A stretch of DNA of 64,000 nucleotides. Source: Bacteroidales bacterium (GTDB lineage: Bacteria > Bacteroidota > Bacteroidia > Bacteroidales > UBA10428). The position numbers were made by a program, and so were the translations under genes. Position 1 is the stretch's first letter, and every line of letters begins with the position of its first letter. A model generated the notes under the pieces. It saw nothing but the letters and a program-made list of their open reading frames with translations. It was not told the origin of the DNA and searched no databases. Where the stretch lies: the NCBI GenBank assembly GCA_041737175.1, contig JBGSSF010000023.1, forward strand, positions 145,888 to 209,887, read 5' to 3'. Of this stretch, positions 1-11,681 are shown in pieces.

Positions 1-80
1 TCAGCTACCACGATGGTTTTGTCCATCTTGTTGCTTACAACAATGCCGACTCTCTCTTTCCTTAAATTTCTGTTTTCCAT
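1..80 (-). CDS. rpsQ: 30S ribosomal protein S17, first 26 codons only (gene runs off the left edge)
   Basis: The reverse complement of 1..80 reads MENRNLRKERVGIVVSNKMDKTIVVA, a typical S17 N-terminus. It lies 18 nt downstream of rpmC, as in S10/spc clusters. It is too short to appear in the ORF track. Confidence 0.85.
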   Translation of the reverse strand, partial: MENRNLRKERVGIVVSNKMDKTIVVA

Positions 81-98
81 TGGGTTCAATTTAACCTA

Positions 99-296
99 TT
101 ACTTGGCTTCATTCTTTTTCTGACGAAGTATCGTTTCCAGCCTGGCAATGTTTCTCCTGGTATCCCTGATCTTCATGGGATTGTCGAGTGGAGAAATGGC
201 ATGGTTCATTTTCTGCCGGAAAATGAGGTTTTTCTCATTTTCGATCCGCTCTTCGATTTCCTTGACGGATAATTCTCTTATTTCGGTAGTTTTCAT
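99..296 (-). CDS. rpmC: 50S ribosomal protein L29
   Basis: 65-aa ORF with L29-like sequence (ELSVKEIEERI...NIARLETILRQK). It sits between rplP and rpsQ. Confidence 0.95.
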   Translation of the reverse strand: MKTTEIRELSVKEIEERIENEKNLIFRQKMNHAISPLDNPMKIRDTRRNIARLETILRQKKNEAK

Positions 297-307
297 GAAC
301 TTACTTA

Positions 308-730
308 TTAAATTTCATTATAGTCCCTTCTGACAATGAATTTGGTTGCTATGGGCAGCTTTTGTGCAGCCAGGCGAAGGGCTTCCTTGGCCAATTCAAA
401 AGGCACACCGTCAGCCTCTATCAAAATGCGTCCGGGTGTTACCGGGGCAACAAATCCTTCGGGGGCGCCTTTACCTTTTCCCATACGCACTTCAGCAGGT
501 TTCTTCGTAATAGGTTTATCGGGAAATATACGAATCCAGATCTGTCCCTCACGTTTCATGTGACGTGTGACTGCCTGACGGGCTGCCTCAATCTGCCTGC
601 CAGTGATCCAGGCCTTATCCATGGCTTTGATCCCAAAGGATCCGAATGCCAGGTCATGTCCCCTTTGGGCATTACCCTTCATCCTGCCTTTTTGCTGCCT
701 CCTGTATTTAGTTTTTTTCGGTTGTAACAT
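308..730 (-). CDS. rplP: 50S ribosomal protein L16
   Basis: 140 aa. [19 protein letters not shown]... is the canonical L16 N-terminus. Confidence 0.97.
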   Translation of the reverse strand: MLQPKKTKYRRQQKGRMKGNAQRGHDLAFGSFGIKAMDKAWITGRQIEAARQAVTRHMKREGQIWIRIFPDKPITKKPAEVRMGKGKGAPEGFVAPVTPGRILIEADGVPFELAKEALRLAAQKLPIATKFIVRRDYNEI

Positions 731-754
731 AGCGTTATCCTGTTAGATTGACCT

Positions 755-1453
755 CTATTTTCTGCGTTTCTTAAAATTACTTTTGGGCTTTGCCGATTTG
801 GAACCAATATTGGGCGCAAGATCACGCTTTCCGAATATCTCACCCTTGCAAATCCAGACTTTCACACCAATCAGGCCAACCTTGGTCAGAGCTTCTGCCA
901 GTGCATAATCGATGTCGGCACGGAAGGTATGCAGCGGAATTCTCCCTTCTTTCAGCATTTCGGTACGCGCCATTTCAGCACCGCCCAGTCTGCCTGAAAC
1001 CTGGCATTTAATACCTTCGGCACCCATACGGATTGTTGAAGCGATTGCCATTTTAATGGCACGCCGGTAGGACACCTTACCTTCAACCTGACGGGCTATG
1101 TTGTTGGCTACTATCACAGCATCCAGTTCAGGCCGTTTTACTTCAAAAATATTGATTTGAACTTCCTTGCTGGTGATTTTCTTCAATTCTTCCTTCAGCT
1201 TATCGACTTCCTGTCCTCCTTTCCCGATAATAATCCCCGGACGGGCGGTATTAACGGTAACTGTGATAAGTTTCAGTGTGCGCTCGATGACGATCTTCGA
1301 GATGCTGGCCTTGGCCAGACGTGCGGTTAGGTATTCGCGGATCTTGAAGTCCTCAACCAGTTTTTCGGAATAGTTCCTGCCGCCATACCAGTTGGAATCC
1401 CAACCTTTGATAATTCCAAGGCGATTACTTATCGGATTGACTTTCTGTCCCAT
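755..1453 (-). CDS. rpsC: 30S ribosomal protein S3
   Basis: 232 aa. [14 protein letters not shown]... and the KH-domain region are typical of S3, followed by a basic C-terminal tail. Confidence 0.97.
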   Translation of the reverse strand: MGQKVNPISNRLGIIKGWDSNWYGGRNYSEKLVEDFKIREYLTARLAKASISKIVIERTLKLITVTVNTARPGIIIGKGGQEVDKLKEELKKITSKEVQINIFEVKRPELDAVIVANNIARQVEGKVSYRRAIKMAIASTIRMGAEGIKCQVSGRLGGAEMARTEMLKEGRIPLHTFRADIDYALAEALTKVGLIGVKVWICKGEIFGKRDLAPNIGSKSAKPKSNFKKRRK

Positions 1454-1458
1454 TAATA

Positions 1459-1887
1459 TTAATTTGTTTTACTTTCTACTTGTTCCTGACTATTTGCACG
1501 ACTATCCAGTATGATGGTCACATGGTTCGAACGTTTTCTGATCCTGTAACCTCTTCCCTGAGGCGCCGTACGGAGCCTCTTTAATTGGCGGCCGCCATCA
1601 ACAAAGACCTCCTTCACGTAAAGGTTGGATTTCTCTACCCGGACCTCTTCATTCTTCTTTTGCCAATTGGCTATGGCCGACAATAATAGTTTCTCAACTT
1701 TCTGAGAGGGCTCCTTTGTACTAAAACGAAGAATATCGAGTGCCCTGTTCACATCCACTCCCCGGATCATGTCAACTACCAGTCGCATTTTGCGAGGGGA
1801 GGTCGGGCAGTTGTGTAACACCGCCATGGCCTTATTCTTGTTTTCTTCCTTTCGTTGGTCTGCTGCTGTTCGCTTACGTGCACCCAT
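1459..1887 (-). CDS. rplV: 50S ribosomal protein L22
   Basis: 142 aa with the [14 protein letters not shown] motif. Position in the cluster fits. Confidence 0.95.
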   Translation of the reverse strand: MGARKRTAADQRKEENKNKAMAVLHNCPTSPRKMRLVVDMIRGVDVNRALDILRFSTKEPSQKVEKLLLSAIANWQKKNEEVRVEKSNLYVKEVFVDGGRQLKRLRTAPQGRGYRIRKRSNHVTIILDSRANSQEQVESKTN

Positions 1888-1908
1888 TGATTTATATTTT
1901 ATTTATTC

Positions 1909-2181
1909 TTACGATTCCTTTTGTCTTCCAGCATGTCCCCTGAACGTGCGTGTAGGTGAAAACTCTCCCAGCCGGTGACCCACCATATTCTCGGTAACAT
2001 AAACCGGGATAAACTTATTCCCGTTATGCACTGCAATGGTATGACCTACGAAGTCGGGGGAGATCAGTGACCGTCTTGACCAGGTTTTGACAACTGATTT
2101 CTTACCTGATTTATTCATTTCAAGTACGCGCTTCTCGAGCTTAAATTCGATGAAGGGACCCTTTTTTAATGACCTGCTCAT
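1909..2181 (-). CDS. rpsS: 30S ribosomal protein S19
   Basis: 90 aa. [12 protein letters not shown]...GHTIAVHNG is the canonical S19 sequence. Confidence 0.97.
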   Translation of the reverse strand: MSRSLKKGPFIEFKLEKRVLEMNKSGKKSVVKTWSRRSLISPDFVGHTIAVHNGNKFIPVYVTENMVGHRLGEFSPTRTFRGHAGRQKES

Positions 2182-2194
2182 AATATGATGTCAA

Positions 2195-3019
2195 TTATTT
2201 TTTCCTTTTTTCAATGATGAATCTGGTAGTAGGATTCTTCTTTCTGCGGGTTTTCATGCCCTTTGCATACAATCCTTTTCGTGATCTCGGATGTCCTCCT
2301 GAAGCCCTTCCTTCACCACCACCCATGGGATGATCAACCGGGTTCATAACAACACCGCGGACTCTCGGCCTTCGACCTAACCAGCGTGTGCGACCGGCCT
2401 TGCCTGAGCGGACAAGTCCGTGATCAGGATTGGAAACGGTGCCAACCGTTGCCCGGCAGGTGATGAGAATCATCCTTGATTCACCCGAAGGGAGTTTAAT
2501 GATTGCATACTTACCATCACGTGAAGTCAGCTGTGCATAGGATCCGGCACTACGTGCCAGAGCACCGCCTTTACCCGGATGCAGCTCAATATTGTGCACA
2601 AGTGTTCCCAGCGGAATCTCACCCAGCGTCAGGCAATTTCCCACCTCGGGAGCTACACCGGCACCTGATCGTATCTGCTGCCCTACCTTCAATCCGGTAG
2701 GAGCAATGATATATCGTTTTTCACCATCTTCATAAACAACCAATGCAATGCGAGCTGAACGGTTGGGATCATACTCAATGGTTTTCACCGTTGCTCCCAT
2801 ACCATCCTTATTCCGGATGAAATCAATCATCCGGTACATCTTCTTATGACCACCGCCAATATACCGCATGGTCATCTTACCGTCACTATTACGCCCCCCG
2901 GATTTCTGTATAGGACTCATCAGCGATTTCTCAGGCGAAGCACTGGTGATATCATCAAAGGAAGCAACAACTCTGTGTCGCTGGCCCGGGGTTACAGGTT
3001 TTAATTTTCTTACAGCCAT
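2195..3019 (-). CDS. rplB: 50S ribosomal protein L2
   Basis: 274 aa. Contains the [17 protein letters not shown] and [12 protein letters not shown] motifs. Confidence 0.97.
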   Translation of the reverse strand: MAVRKLKPVTPGQRHRVVASFDDITSASPEKSLMSPIQKSGGRNSDGKMTMRYIGGGHKKMYRMIDFIRNKDGMGATVKTIEYDPNRSARIALVVYEDGEKRYIIAPTGLKVGQQIRSGAGVAPEVGNCLTLGEIPLGTLVHNIELHPGKGGALARSAGSYAQLTSRDGKYAIIKLPSGESRMILITCRATVGTVSNPDHGLVRSGKAGRTRWLGRRPRVRGVVMNPVDHPMGGGEGRASGGHPRSRKGLYAKGMKTRRKKNPTTRFIIEKRKK

Positions 3020-3028
3020 AATAAAATA

Positions 3029-3319
3029 TTAGATATTGCTATAAAAGTCTATACTATCGCCTTCCCGCAACGTGATGACTGCTTTCTTGAAAGCATTCCT
3101 TCTACCGGAAACATAGCCGGTGCGGGTAAATCTCGACTTGCGTTTTCCTGAATAGAACATGGTGTTCACCGATTCGACAGTAACGCCATAAAGATTTTCA
3201 ACGGCCTTTTTGATCTGCACTTTATTGGCCTTTTTATGGACAATGAAGCCGTATTTCTTCAGACTGTCAGTCTGGGCATTCATTTTCTCAGTCACTATTG
3301 GCCTTACAATAATATCCAT
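3029..3319 (-). CDS. rplW: 50S ribosomal protein L23
   Basis: 96 aa. L23-like sequence and cluster position. Confidence 0.93.
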   Translation of the reverse strand: MDIIVRPIVTEKMNAQTDSLKKYGFIVHKKANKVQIKKAVENLYGVTVESVNTMFYSGKRKSRFTRTGYVSGRRNAFKKAVITLREGDSIDFYSNI

Positions 3320-3337
3320 TTCTAATATATTAGACGG

Positions 3338-3961
3338 TTACAGACTCTTTTGAATATTGTCGAGTGAACTCTCAAAAAATACAAGAGAAGTGCTATTAAG
3401 GATATCGTAAGTGGTTAACTCCGAGGCGGTTACAACTCTTGTTCCAGATAAATTCCGGGACGACAAATATATATTTTTATTCGGTTCGGTAAGAACCACA
3501 AGCGACTTTTTACCATCAATCTTCAGATTGCTGAGAACAGTCACATAGTCTTTCGTCTTCGGAGCCTCCAGAATAAAGTCCTCCAGCACCATGATCTCAT
3601 TGTTCCTGGCTTTATAAGTAAGAGCTGATTTGCGAGCCAGCTGTTTTACCTTTTTATTCAGTTTGAAACTGTAATCACGCGGCTGCGGTCCGAATACCCT
3701 GCCGCCTCCTGTAAACAAAGGGTTCTTGATACTACCGGCACGGGCGCCGCCAGTGCCTTTTTGTCTTTTGATCTTGCGGGTGCTTCCCGAAATCTCATTG
3801 CGCTCTTTGGATTTATGGGTACCCTGACGTTTGTTGGCAAGATGTTGCTTCACGTCAAGATAAATGGCATGGTCATTGGGCTCAATGGAAAATATGGTAT
3901 CCATAAGCTCAACTTTGCGGCCAGTTTCCTTTCCTGTCTTGTTAAATACTGCTAATTCCAT
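3338..3961 (-). CDS. rplD: 50S ribosomal protein L4
   Basis: 207 aa. Contains [13 protein letters not shown], the L4 loop motif. Confidence 0.95.
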   Translation of the reverse strand: MELAVFNKTGKETGRKVELMDTIFSIEPNDHAIYLDVKQHLANKRQGTHKSKERNEISGSTRKIKRQKGTGGARAGSIKNPLFTGGGRVFGPQPRDYSFKLNKKVKQLARKSALTYKARNNEIMVLEDFILEAPKTKDYVTVLSNLKIDGKKSLVVLTEPNKNIYLSSRNLSGTRVVTASELTTYDILNSTSLVFFESSLDNIQKSL

Positions 3962-3974
3962 CGTTCACAGTTTA

Positions 3975-4604
3975 TTAAGTTCTTTCGGGACTTTCAACTA
4001 TCACATAGGATCCCTTTGCCCCGGGGATTGATCCTTTCAATAACAAGAGATTACTTTCGGGAATGATCTTAACCACCTTGAGGTTAAGCATTTTCACGCT
4101 ATCGCCGCCCTTTTGACCGGCCATACGCATGCCCTTGAAAACCCTCGATGGCCAGGATGATCCGCCCAGCGAACCAGGTGCCCTTTCCCTGTCGTGCTGA
4201 CCGTGCGTGGTACCAACGATTCCGCTGAAACCATGACGGGTAACAACTCCCTGGAAACCCTTGCCTTTCGAAACGGCAGTAACATCAAGCCATGCATCAT
4301 CCTTAAAATAATCCACGGTAATAACATCCCCCAGCTTCCAATCGAGAATAAAACCGGTCAGTTCGACTACCTTTCTTTTGGGCGTTGTATTGGCCTTTTT
4401 AAAGTGCCCCTTCATGGCATTCGGGGTATTCTTTTCCTTCTTCTCATCAAATGCAATCTGAAGGGCTTTGTAGCCATCACTTTCCTTGGTCTTGACCTGC
4501 GTAACAACACAGGGACCAACTTCGAGAACAGTGCAGGGAACATTGACACCATTCTCATCAAATATGGAGGTCATTCCGACCTTTTTTCCGACTAATCCTG
4601 GCAT
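3975..4604 (-). CDS. rplC: 50S ribosomal protein L3
   Basis: 209 aa. [19 protein letters not shown]... and [13 protein letters not shown] are L3 motifs. Confidence 0.96.
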   Translation of the reverse strand: MPGLVGKKVGMTSIFDENGVNVPCTVLEVGPCVVTQVKTKESDGYKALQIAFDEKKEKNTPNAMKGHFKKANTTPKRKVVELTGFILDWKLGDVITVDYFKDDAWLDVTAVSKGKGFQGVVTRHGFSGIVGTTHGQHDRERAPGSLGGSSWPSRVFKGMRMAGQKGGDSVKMLNLKVVKIIPESNLLLLKGSIPGAKGSYVIVESPERT

Positions 4605-4624
4605 TTCTTAACAGATTAAGTGTT

Positions 4625-4930
4625 TCAGACTTTAATTTCAACTTCTACACCACTGGGTAATTCTAATTTCATCAGAGCATCAATGGTTTTGGGCGTTGAA
4701 CTGTAAATGTCCAGTAAACGCTTGTGTGACGAAAGCTGAAATTGCTCTCTCGACTTTTTATTCACAAAAGGTGACCGCAGCACGGTAAATATCCTTTTAT
4801 GCGTCGGCAGCGGAATTGGACCGCTTACCACGGCACCGGTAGACTTGACGGTCTTCACGATTTTCTCGGCTGACTTGTCCACGAGGTTATGATCGTACGA
4901 TTTAAGCTTAATTCTAATCTTTTGGCTCAT
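4625..4930 (-). CDS. rpsJ: 30S ribosomal protein S10
   Basis: 101 aa. [18 protein letters not shown]... is canonical S10. Confidence 0.97.
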   Translation of the reverse strand: MSQKIRIKLKSYDHNLVDKSAEKIVKTVKSTGAVVSGPIPLPTHKRIFTVLRSPFVNKKSREQFQLSSHKRLLDIYSSTPKTIDALMKLELPSGVEVEIKV

Positions 4931-4951
4931 GTATTTTGGTCTTACATTTGA

Positions 4952-7066
4952 TTATACAATTACTTTGGCTCCGGTGATCCGTTCAATTACCTCTGCAGAG
5001 ATAGATGGAGGTACCTCTTCGTAATGAGAAAATTCCATGGTTGATGTAGCCCTTCCTGATGAAAGGGTACGCAATACGGTCACATAACCGAACATTTCAG
5101 CCAGGGGAACATTGGACAGAACCACCCGCAGGGTAGCCTGTGACTCCATGCCGGTTATCTGACCACGTCTGCGGTTGAAATCACCAATAATATCTCCCAT
5201 ATTTTCTTCGGGCGTAACAACCTCAATTTTCATCACCGGCTCAAGGAGGCACACTTTTCCCTTTTTAAGGGCATGCTTGAATCCCTGCTTGGCTGCAATC
5301 TCGAACGAGAAAGCATCGGAATCCACAGGGTGGAATGATCCATCCCTCAGAGTAACCTGCAAGCTGTCCATGGGAAAACCTGCCAGTATACCATTTCGCA
5401 TAGCTTCACGGAAACCCTTTTCAACTGAGGGCACATATTCACGCGGAATGTTCCCGCCCTTGACCTCATCAATGAAAACGAGTCCGGAAACTCCCTTTTC
5501 AGCCGGTGCCATTTCAAAAACAATATCCGCGAACTTGCCACGGCCACCGGTTTGTTTTTTAAAGGTTTCGCGATGTTTCACATGGGTGGTCAATGCCTCT
5601 TTGTAAGCTACCTGGGGAGCACCCTGGTTACACTCTACATTGAACTCGCGTTTGAGCCTGTCCATAAGGATTTCCAGGTGGAGTTCACCCATACCGCTTA
5701 TAATGGTCTGTCCTGAATCTTCATCCACCTTAACCTTAAAGGTCGGATCTTCTTCAGCCAGCTTGTTCAAAGCCAAACCAAGCTTATCCACATCAGCCTG
5801 GGTTTTGGGTTCAATGGCCACTCCGATAACCGGTTCGGGAAATGACATCGATTCCAGGTAAATGGGATGCTTGAGATCACACAAGGTATCACCGGTAACT
5901 ACCTCTTTCAACCCTACAACACCACATATATCACCGGCCTCAATACGTTCGCGGGGATTCTGCTTGTTGGCGTGCATCTGGTACAACCTGTTGATTCTCT
6001 CTTTCTTTCCTGTACGGGGATTCAAAACCTGCATTCCTGAATCAATGGCGCCGGAATATACCCTGAGATAGGTCAGTCTGCCTACAAAAGGATCCGTTGC
6101 AATTTTGAATGCCAGGGCGGTCAGAGGCTCATTCTCATCAGCCTTGCGCTCTTCGGTTTTATCCGTATAGGGATTATGTCCCTTTGTGGTTTCAATGTCG
6201 AGTGGACTGGGCATCAAAGCACAAATGGCATTCAGCAGACGCTGAATACCCTTATTCTTAAAGGCTGCTCCACAAAGAACGGGGACAATGCGCTGCTCGA
6301 TCACCGCATTGCGCGTATGTTCCATGAATTCTTCCACCGAAATGGAAGTACGATCTTCCAGGAATCTCTCGAGCAGGTCGTCATTGGTATAACAAACGGC
6401 TTCAATTAGCTTTTCACGCCATTCCTCAACCAGGTCGATCATGTCGTCCGGTATTTCGGTATATTCATAACGCATGGTAAGCTTTTCATCAGGCACCCAA
6501 ACAATGGCCCTGCGTTCGATCAGATCCACCAGACCTGTAAAATGGTCTTCGGAGCCAATGGGGATTTGCATGGGAACTGGGTTGGAACCAAGTTTCTCCT
6601 TGATCTGCCGGACTACGCCAAAGAAATCAGCGCCCACGCGATCCATCTTGTTGACGAATGCAATGCGGGGAACATTGTATTTGTTGGCCTGCCGCCAAAC
6701 GGTTTCAGATTGGGGCTGAACACCACCCACCGCGCAAAATACTGCAATGGCGCCATCCAGCACACGAAGAGAACGTTCAACCTCAACGGTGAAATCCACG
6801 TGTCCCGGCGTATCAATGATGTTGATTTTGTATTTTTGATTCTGGTAATCCCAAAAAGTAGTAGTGGCTGCCGAGGTAATTGTAATGCCTCTTTCCTGTT
6901 CCTGCACCATCCAGTCCATGGTGGCAGTGCCGTCGTGCACCTCACCAATCCGGTGAGTTATACCAGTATAAAACAGGATACGCTCGGTGGTAGTTGTCTT
7001 ACCGGCGTCGATATGGGCCATAATCCCAATATTCCTGGTATAATTCAGATCAGAATTCATTCTCAC
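4952..7066 (-). CDS. fusA: Elongation factor G
   Basis: 704 aa. G-domain motifs [17 protein letters not shown] and NKMD are present, with EF-G domains II-V. Confidence 0.97.
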   Translation of the reverse strand: MRMNSDLNYTRNIGIMAHIDAGKTTTTERILFYTGITHRIGEVHDGTATMDWMVQEQERGITITSAATTTFWDYQNQKYKINIIDTPGHVDFTVEVERSLRVLDGAIAVFCAVGGVQPQSETVWRQANKYNVPRIAFVNKMDRVGADFFGVVRQIKEKLGSNPVPMQIPIGSEDHFTGLVDLIERRAIVWVPDEKLTMRYEYTEIPDDMIDLVEEWREKLIEAVCYTNDDLLERFLEDRTSISVEEFMEHTRNAVIEQRIVPVLCGAAFKNKGIQRLLNAICALMPSPLDIETTKGHNPYTDKTEERKADENEPLTALAFKIATDPFVGRLTYLRVYSGAIDSGMQVLNPRTGKKERINRLYQMHANKQNPRERIEAGDICGVVGLKEVVTGDTLCDLKHPIYLESMSFPEPVIGVAIEPKTQADVDKLGLALNKLAEEDPTFKVKVDEDSGQTIISGMGELHLEILMDRLKREFNVECNQGAPQVAYKEALTTHVKHRETFKKQTGGRGKFADIVFEMAPAEKGVSGLVFIDEVKGGNIPREYVPSVEKGFREAMRNGILAGFPMDSLQVTLRDGSFHPVDSDAFSFEIAAKQGFKHALKKGKVCLLEPVMKIEVVTPEENMGDIIGDFNRRRGQITGMESQATLRVVLSNVPLAEMFGYVTVLRTLSSGRATSTMEFSHYEEVPPSISAEVIERITGAKVIV

Positions 7067-7116
7067 TAATTATCAGCTAGTGCAACTATAGGCTAAAACC
7101 GCAATGTCAAATATCT

Positions 7117-7593
7117 TTAGAACCTGAAGTGCGCAAATGCCTTATTCGCTTCCGCCATTTTATGTGTATCTTCTTTCTTTTTAAATGCTGCGCCTTCTTC
7201 TTTAAAGGCGGCAAGTATCTCAGCAGCAAGCTTATCGCTCATTGAATTTCCGGCTCTCTTTTTGGAATAGAGAACCAGGTTCTTCATGCTGATTGAAATT
7301 TTCCGATCGGGCCGGATTTCGGTGGGAACCTGAAAGGTTGCTCCTCCTACCCTGCGGCTTTTAACTTCAACCTGGGGTGTGATATTCTCCAGGGCTTTTT
7401 TCCATATATCCAAGGGACTAACTTCAACATCTTTGGCACGCTTGGCAACCAGATCAAGTGCTTCATAAAACACATCATAAGCCGTGCTCTTTTTGCCCCT
7501 GGTCATCATATTGTTTACAAAACGAGTTACCAATGTATCATTGTACTTTGGATCCGGTAACAATATCCTCTTTTTTGGTTTAGACTTTCTCAT
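7117..7593 (-). CDS. rpsG: 30S ribosomal protein S7
   Basis: 158 aa. S7-like sequence ([15 protein letters not shown]...[11 protein letters not shown]). Confidence 0.96.
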   Translation of the reverse strand: MRKSKPKKRILLPDPKYNDTLVTRFVNNMMTRGKKSTAYDVFYEALDLVAKRAKDVEVSPLDIWKKALENITPQVEVKSRRVGGATFQVPTEIRPDRKISISMKNLVLYSKKRAGNSMSDKLAAEILAAFKEEGAAFKKKEDTHKMAEANKAFAHFRF

Positions 7594-7616
7594 TTTACGG
7601 GTCTATTCAAAAATCA

Positions 7617-7991
7617 TTATTTCTTAGGTCTTTTTGTGCCATATTTTGACCGGCGTTGGTTGCGACCCTCAACACCAGAAGTATCAAGCGCTCCCCTGAT
7701 GATGTGATACCGGACACCCGGCAAATCTTTCACCCTGCCTCCGCGAATCATAACAATCGAGTGTTCCTGCAGATTATGTCCTTCACCCGGGATATAGGCC
7801 GTAACTTCAATACCATGCTGCAACCTCACCCTGGCTACCTTCCGCATCGCTGAATTAGGCTTCTTGGGCGTGGTGGTATAAACACGCGTGCAAACCCCGC
7901 GCTTTTGCGGACATGAGTTCAAAGCCGGAGCTTTACTCTTGTCCTCGATGGAGGCCCTTCCCTTTCTTACTAACTGCTGTATCGTTGGCAT
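7617..7991 (-). CDS. rpsL: 30S ribosomal protein S12
   Basis: 124 aa. [12 protein letters not shown]...[10 protein letters not shown] is canonical S12. Confidence 0.97.
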   Translation of the reverse strand: MPTIQQLVRKGRASIEDKSKAPALNSCPQKRGVCTRVYTTTPKKPNSAMRKVARVRLQHGIEVTAYIPGEGHNLQEHSIVMIRGGRVKDLPGVRYHIIRGALDTSGVEGRNQRRSKYGTKRPKK

Positions 7992-8032
7992 TTCTGCTTT
8001 TTTTTGTATGATTCTTCTTCAAAATTGGCTTG

Positions 8033-8040
8033 CAAAGGTA
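8033..8040 (-). promoter_or_regulatory. Candidate Bacteroidota -7 promoter box for the rpsL operon
   Basis: The minus strand reads TACCTTTG, matching TAnnTTTG, about 42 nt upstream of the rpsL ATG. A TTG lies roughly 20 nt further upstream. Confidence 0.45.
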
Positions 8041-8199
8041 GATGTTTTTTTCTCAAATGCAACAAGTACCACAAAAATATTTCATGATTTTTGCCCATCC
8101 GGAATATCTTTAACCTTCATGATGCGCAATTGAAAGTTTTATACTATTTTTAGTTCCTCTAAAAAAGCATAAGCTAACCTGATTAATAAATAACATCTA

Positions 8200-9147
8200 T
8201 TGACTATGAAAACATCGCATTCAAGAAGAGATTTTCTGAGATTGTCTGCTGCAGGTGCTCTTGGAGCTATCGTGCTTTCACAGTATGGCTGCAAGACTGC
8301 CGGCAAACCGGCAGCGGAACCGGCCGTTGTTGATCCCAAAACATTCGGACTGGCGCTTCAGTTATATACCATACGGGATGCCATGGCTTTGGATGTCCCG
8401 GGCTCACTGAAGAAGGTTTCCGATACCGGTTACAAATATCTCGAACTGGCAGGTTATGCCGATGGCAAGTTCTACAGCATGGAACCCGCTGATTTCAAAA
8501 AACTGGTAAATGACCTCGGGATGGAAATTCTCAGCAGCCATACCCAGGTTGAAGCCCAGGGAATCACGTTGGATAACGCCAGGAAAATGGCAGAGGATCA
8601 TGCCAAACTCGGAGTTAAATATTGCATACAGCCCTGGGTAGTGCCGGAAGCCCGTACAACCCTTGCCAGCTATCGCAAAATGTCGGCCGACTGGAACCAG
8701 GTAGGCAAGATCATGAAAGAAACCGGAATCCAGTTTGGATACCACAACCACAATTTCGAATTTGCTCCAGTGGAAGGCAAGATTCCTTACTATGATATCT
8801 TCATGGTAGAACTCGATAAAGACCTGGTAACCATGGAAATCGACCTTTTCTGGACTACCAAGGCAGGACAGAATCCGGTTGAAATCTTCAATAAATACCC
8901 GGGCAGGTTCCAGCTCTTCCACATGAAAGATATGTTCACCAACGAGGCTCCCTATTTTACAACCGACGGAGAAGATGATTTCGCCCCTGTTGGCGCGGGC
9001 GTGATAAATTTCAAGGAAATTCTGGCAGCCAAGGATATTGCCGGTATGAAGTACATGGTTGTTGAACAGGACAGCACAAAAGATGGTTTGCCCTTTGACG
9101 CCATTCAAACAAGCATCACCAATCTGACCACCAAGATCCTCGTTTAA
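8200..9147 (+). CDS. Twin-arginine-signal sugar-phosphate isomerase/epimerase-like protein (xylose-isomerase-like TIM barrel)
   Basis: 315 aa. N-terminal SRRDFLRLSAAGALG is a Tat-type motif. The body resembles the AP-endonuclease-2/xylose-isomerase-like TIM-barrel family. The family assignment was made by eye only. Confidence 0.7.
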   Translation: MTMKTSHSRRDFLRLSAAGALGAIVLSQYGCKTAGKPAAEPAVVDPKTFGLALQLYTIRDAMALDVPGSLKKVSDTGYKYLELAGYADGKFYSMEPADFKKLVNDLGMEILSSHTQVEAQGITLDNARKMAEDHAKLGVKYCIQPWVVPEARTTLASYRKMSADWNQVGKIMKETGIQFGYHNHNFEFAPVEGKIPYYDIFMVELDKDLVTMEIDLFWTTKAGQNPVEIFNKYPGRFQLFHMKDMFTNEAPYFTTDGEDDFAPVGAGVINFKEILAAKDIAGMKYMVVEQDSTKDGLPFDAIQTSITNLTTKILV

Positions 9148-9168
9148 ACAGGATGTGATATGGCAATT

Positions 9169-9200
9169 GAGGCTGTTTCAAACTGATTTGAGGCAGCCTC
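9169..9200. terminator. Hairpin between convergent genes
   Basis: GAGGCTG (9169-9175) pairs with CAGCCTC (9194-9200). It lies between the stop at 9147 (+) and the stop at 9203 (-). Confidence 0.45.
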
Positions 9201-9202
9201 TG

Positions 9203-9892
9203 CTATTTCACCAATTGATGATACCGCGAAACTGCCTTCGCGAACTCCTGCTCATTGTTGCTTAACCTGATCCTGTCCGATCGCAGAATGGATTTCATTT
9301 TTGTTTTATCAATCGCATGACAATTCAGAAGACTCTTTCTTGACAACTTCACAAGATAATCCTTCCCGCCTGACAGGATCAAATACCTTGAATTTTCAAC
9401 CAGCCTGTTGTCGGATGCCATGATGTATGAATTTCTCCAGGCGCAAAAAGCCGGATCACCCGAGGTAAGAACCTGAAGATAGGCATCCTTCATACCGACG
9501 AAAGGCAGGTTTACCTTCCTTTTTTCAAAAGCGGCCATGATTTCTCCCCTGCTGTCGAAAAGCCTGAAACCTGATATAAAATCCCTGGAAAGAATTCCTG
9601 TTCTGCGATCTGTCTTTCTTAACCACAGTAATTCATCCATGTATTGATCATACTGAAGATAAATACCTGTGATTACGTCTCCGTCAATCAGATCTACCTC
9701 ACCCAGGGTATAGGCGCTGTAATAGTGTTTGCCTTTATATCCGTCCAAAGGGTTTCGGTACTCCAGTCCCATCAGGCCTGCCTGGAGCCATATTCCATAT
9801 GCATCATCATCCGGGCAGGCACAATCGGACTGCTGTGAGGATATATTTACAAACTCCAGCGAAAACAGTATCAGAAGACAGAGTCTTTTCAT
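9203..9892 (-). CDS. Hypothetical secreted protein, last gene of the TBDR operon
   Basis: 229-aa ORF with an N-terminal signal-like segment (MKRLCLLILFSLEFVNISSQ). It begins 9 nt downstream of the preceding ORF. No family recognised. Confidence 0.6.
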   Translation of the reverse strand: MKRLCLLILFSLEFVNISSQQSDCACPDDDAYGIWLQAGLMGLEYRNPLDGYKGKHYYSAYTLGEVDLIDGDVITGIYLQYDQYMDELLWLRKTDRRTGILSRDFISGFRLFDSRGEIMAAFEKRKVNLPFVGMKDAYLQVLTSGDPAFCAWRNSYIMASDNRLVENSRYLILSGGKDYLVKLSRKSLLNCHAIDKTKMKSILRSDRIRLSNNEQEFAKAVSRYHQLVK

Positions 9893-9901
9893 GATATTCC
9901 G

Positions 9902-11677
9902 TTATTTGACTTCAAAAGATGAATCAGCACTCAGAATGGAACCATCACTGGTCAGGCCCCGGATGTTTATGTAAAACACCCCCTTGAGACGCGATGCCGG
10001 AAATTCAATAACCCGGGTTTCTTTACCGATGATCTTCATGCGGGGACTCCAAAAAAGCGAAGTCCTAAAATCAGGATCATGCCTGCCGGCTTCTTTTTCA
10101 ACTATGTTGCCAATATCAACATCATCAGGGATTACCAGATTCATATACCGGAAGGTATGACTGCTGAGGTAATTCTCAGGTATTTTGCAATCATGCGTAT
10201 AAATGGAAACCAAACCCGGTAACAACAGATCTCCCAGCAGGTAATTCCTGGTAATGACCTCGATCCTTTTAATGTCCTTGGTGCCCAGGGTGGCTAAATA
10301 GTTGAAATCGTTGAATGGAACTCCGTTCAGCATAATAAATCTGTTTTCCTGCCACAATCCCGTTTTTTCATTCAGAATTTGCAGAAAGAAAGCATTGTTG
10401 CGGTTCATGAATTTAACGCAGGGAATAATGTTGTCGGCAATCTCCTTAAAGTTCACCAGGTCAGAGTAATCGCCGGGATTAACCATCACATCCACAGGCC
10501 TGAAGAGACTGGCATCTATAAAATCGTTATTCTGCGCGGGAGGTTCACTTTTACCCGTGTATATCGCTTCGATCATCCTCAGATCTTTTAATGTGTTCAG
10601 AAATGTTACTTCATCCGGACTTACCTGATGTGGCATTAAACCCCTTTGCTCACCTGTCACCCACTTTGGATCAATTTCCATGGTGTATCCGGTGTTCCCC
10701 GACGGATCACCAAACCGCAGAATAAGCTCCTTATTATCGAACATCCTGTTCAGGTAGAAGCGAAATTCTCCGGTTGAATCGGTAGTTGTATAGCGTATCC
10801 TTGGCGCAATGCTGTCAACCACCGCAAGCAGAATTTTCCGGTTGGCAAGGGATATACTCCTGTCCTGGTGCGCAATGTGACCGGTTAAAATAAATACTTT
10901 GCTTTCAACTGGATATCTGCACGGCATAACTGCTTTCACGGGAATCACTGGTTTAATGAGACTTGCAGCCATATCTGTTTCCGCAATCATTTGCTCAAAT
11001 GGTGTTTCAGCAGCTACCGAGATCGAAAGATCAGCGTCGATATCCTTCATTTGTCGTTTGTCCAGGCTGATTTCCAACCGTACTTTCTCATTTACAGCAT
11101 AGGTCCTTTTGGATGTTGCAACCTGCAATACATGGTTATTCTCTCTGGCTCCAGGGTCAGGCATGCCAGAATTGTCAGGCTGCCTGGGAACCATGATCGT
11201 ATCGGGATTGGCCTCTGAAAGGCTCATGACAAGTATATTCTGAGAAAAAACCTTATTTGCAGCATCATTTCTCATCTGGTTGGTATATGTCTTCAATATG
11301 TATATGCCGGCTTTGAGTTCAGCCGGAAGCGTATACCTACCGGTAGCATAATGCCGTGTGAGATTGAGCCTCCAGCTTGCATGTACCTTGTTATAAACAT
11401 CTGTTAAACTGAAATACATTATTTTACTGCATGGAGCACTGTCATGTGAAACACCATTCAGCATGTATACCTTATATTTTAATGACTCACCTGCAATGTA
11501 AGCAAGCTTATCAAAATGAACATATACCCTTTCCGCACCGGAAGAATAACCCGGGGAGGACTGACCATTCAGTTGTCCGGAAATACCCGCATTGATTGCG
11601 AGTAACAGCGACATCCACAGACCGGCCTGTTTCAGAAACCTCAGGAATACTTTATGTTGTTTCTCTTTAGAATTCAT
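9902..11677 (-). CDS. Hypothetical exported protein with MG2-like, carboxypeptidase-regulatory-like and Plug-like segments but no beta-barrel
   Basis: The track ORF is 9902..11797. The preferred start is M41 (MNSKEKQHKVFLRFLKQAGLWMSLLLAINA, signal-like) at 11677, overlapping the upstream stop by 6 nt. TTDSTGEFRFYL resembles a CarboxypepD_reg fold. LNGVPFNDFNYLATLGTKDIKRIEVI...GLVSIYT resembles a TonB-receptor Plug core. Confidence 0.6.
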   Translation of the reverse strand: MNSKEKQHKVFLRFLKQAGLWMSLLLAINAGISGQLNGQSSPGYSSGAERVYVHFDKLAYIAGESLKYKVYMLNGVSHDSAPCSKIMYFSLTDVYNKVHASWRLNLTRHYATGRYTLPAELKAGIYILKTYTNQMRNDAANKVFSQNILVMSLSEANPDTIMVPRQPDNSGMPDPGARENNHVLQVATSKRTYAVNEKVRLEISLDKRQMKDIDADLSISVAAETPFEQMIAETDMAASLIKPVIPVKAVMPCRYPVESKVFILTGHIAHQDRSISLANRKILLAVVDSIAPRIRYTTTDSTGEFRFYLNRMFDNKELILRFGDPSGNTGYTMEIDPKWVTGEQRGLMPHQVSPDEVTFLNTLKDLRMIEAIYTGKSEPPAQNNDFIDASLFRPVDVMVNPGDYSDLVNFKEIADNIIPCVKFMNRNNAFFLQILNEKTGLWQENRFIMLNGVPFNDFNYLATLGTKDIKRIEVITRNYLLGDLLLPGLVSIYTHDCKIPENYLSSHTFRYMNLVIPDDVDIGNIVEKEAGRHDPDFRTSLFWSPRMKIIGKETRVIEFPASRLKGVFYINIRGLTSDGSILSADSSFEVK

Positions 11678-11681
11678 GCCA

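Noticed and set aside
6542-7069. 175-aa ORF antisense to fusA, plus many 60-140-aa ORFs opposite ribosomal protein genes
   Set aside because: These are opposite-strand frames of highly conserved genes, with no independent support.
8404-9108. 234-aa ORF antisense to the Tat-signal isomerase-like gene
   Set aside because: It lies entirely within, and opposite to, a gene with clear family features and a Tat signal. The product is low-complexity and matches no recognisable family, so it is a shadow ORF.
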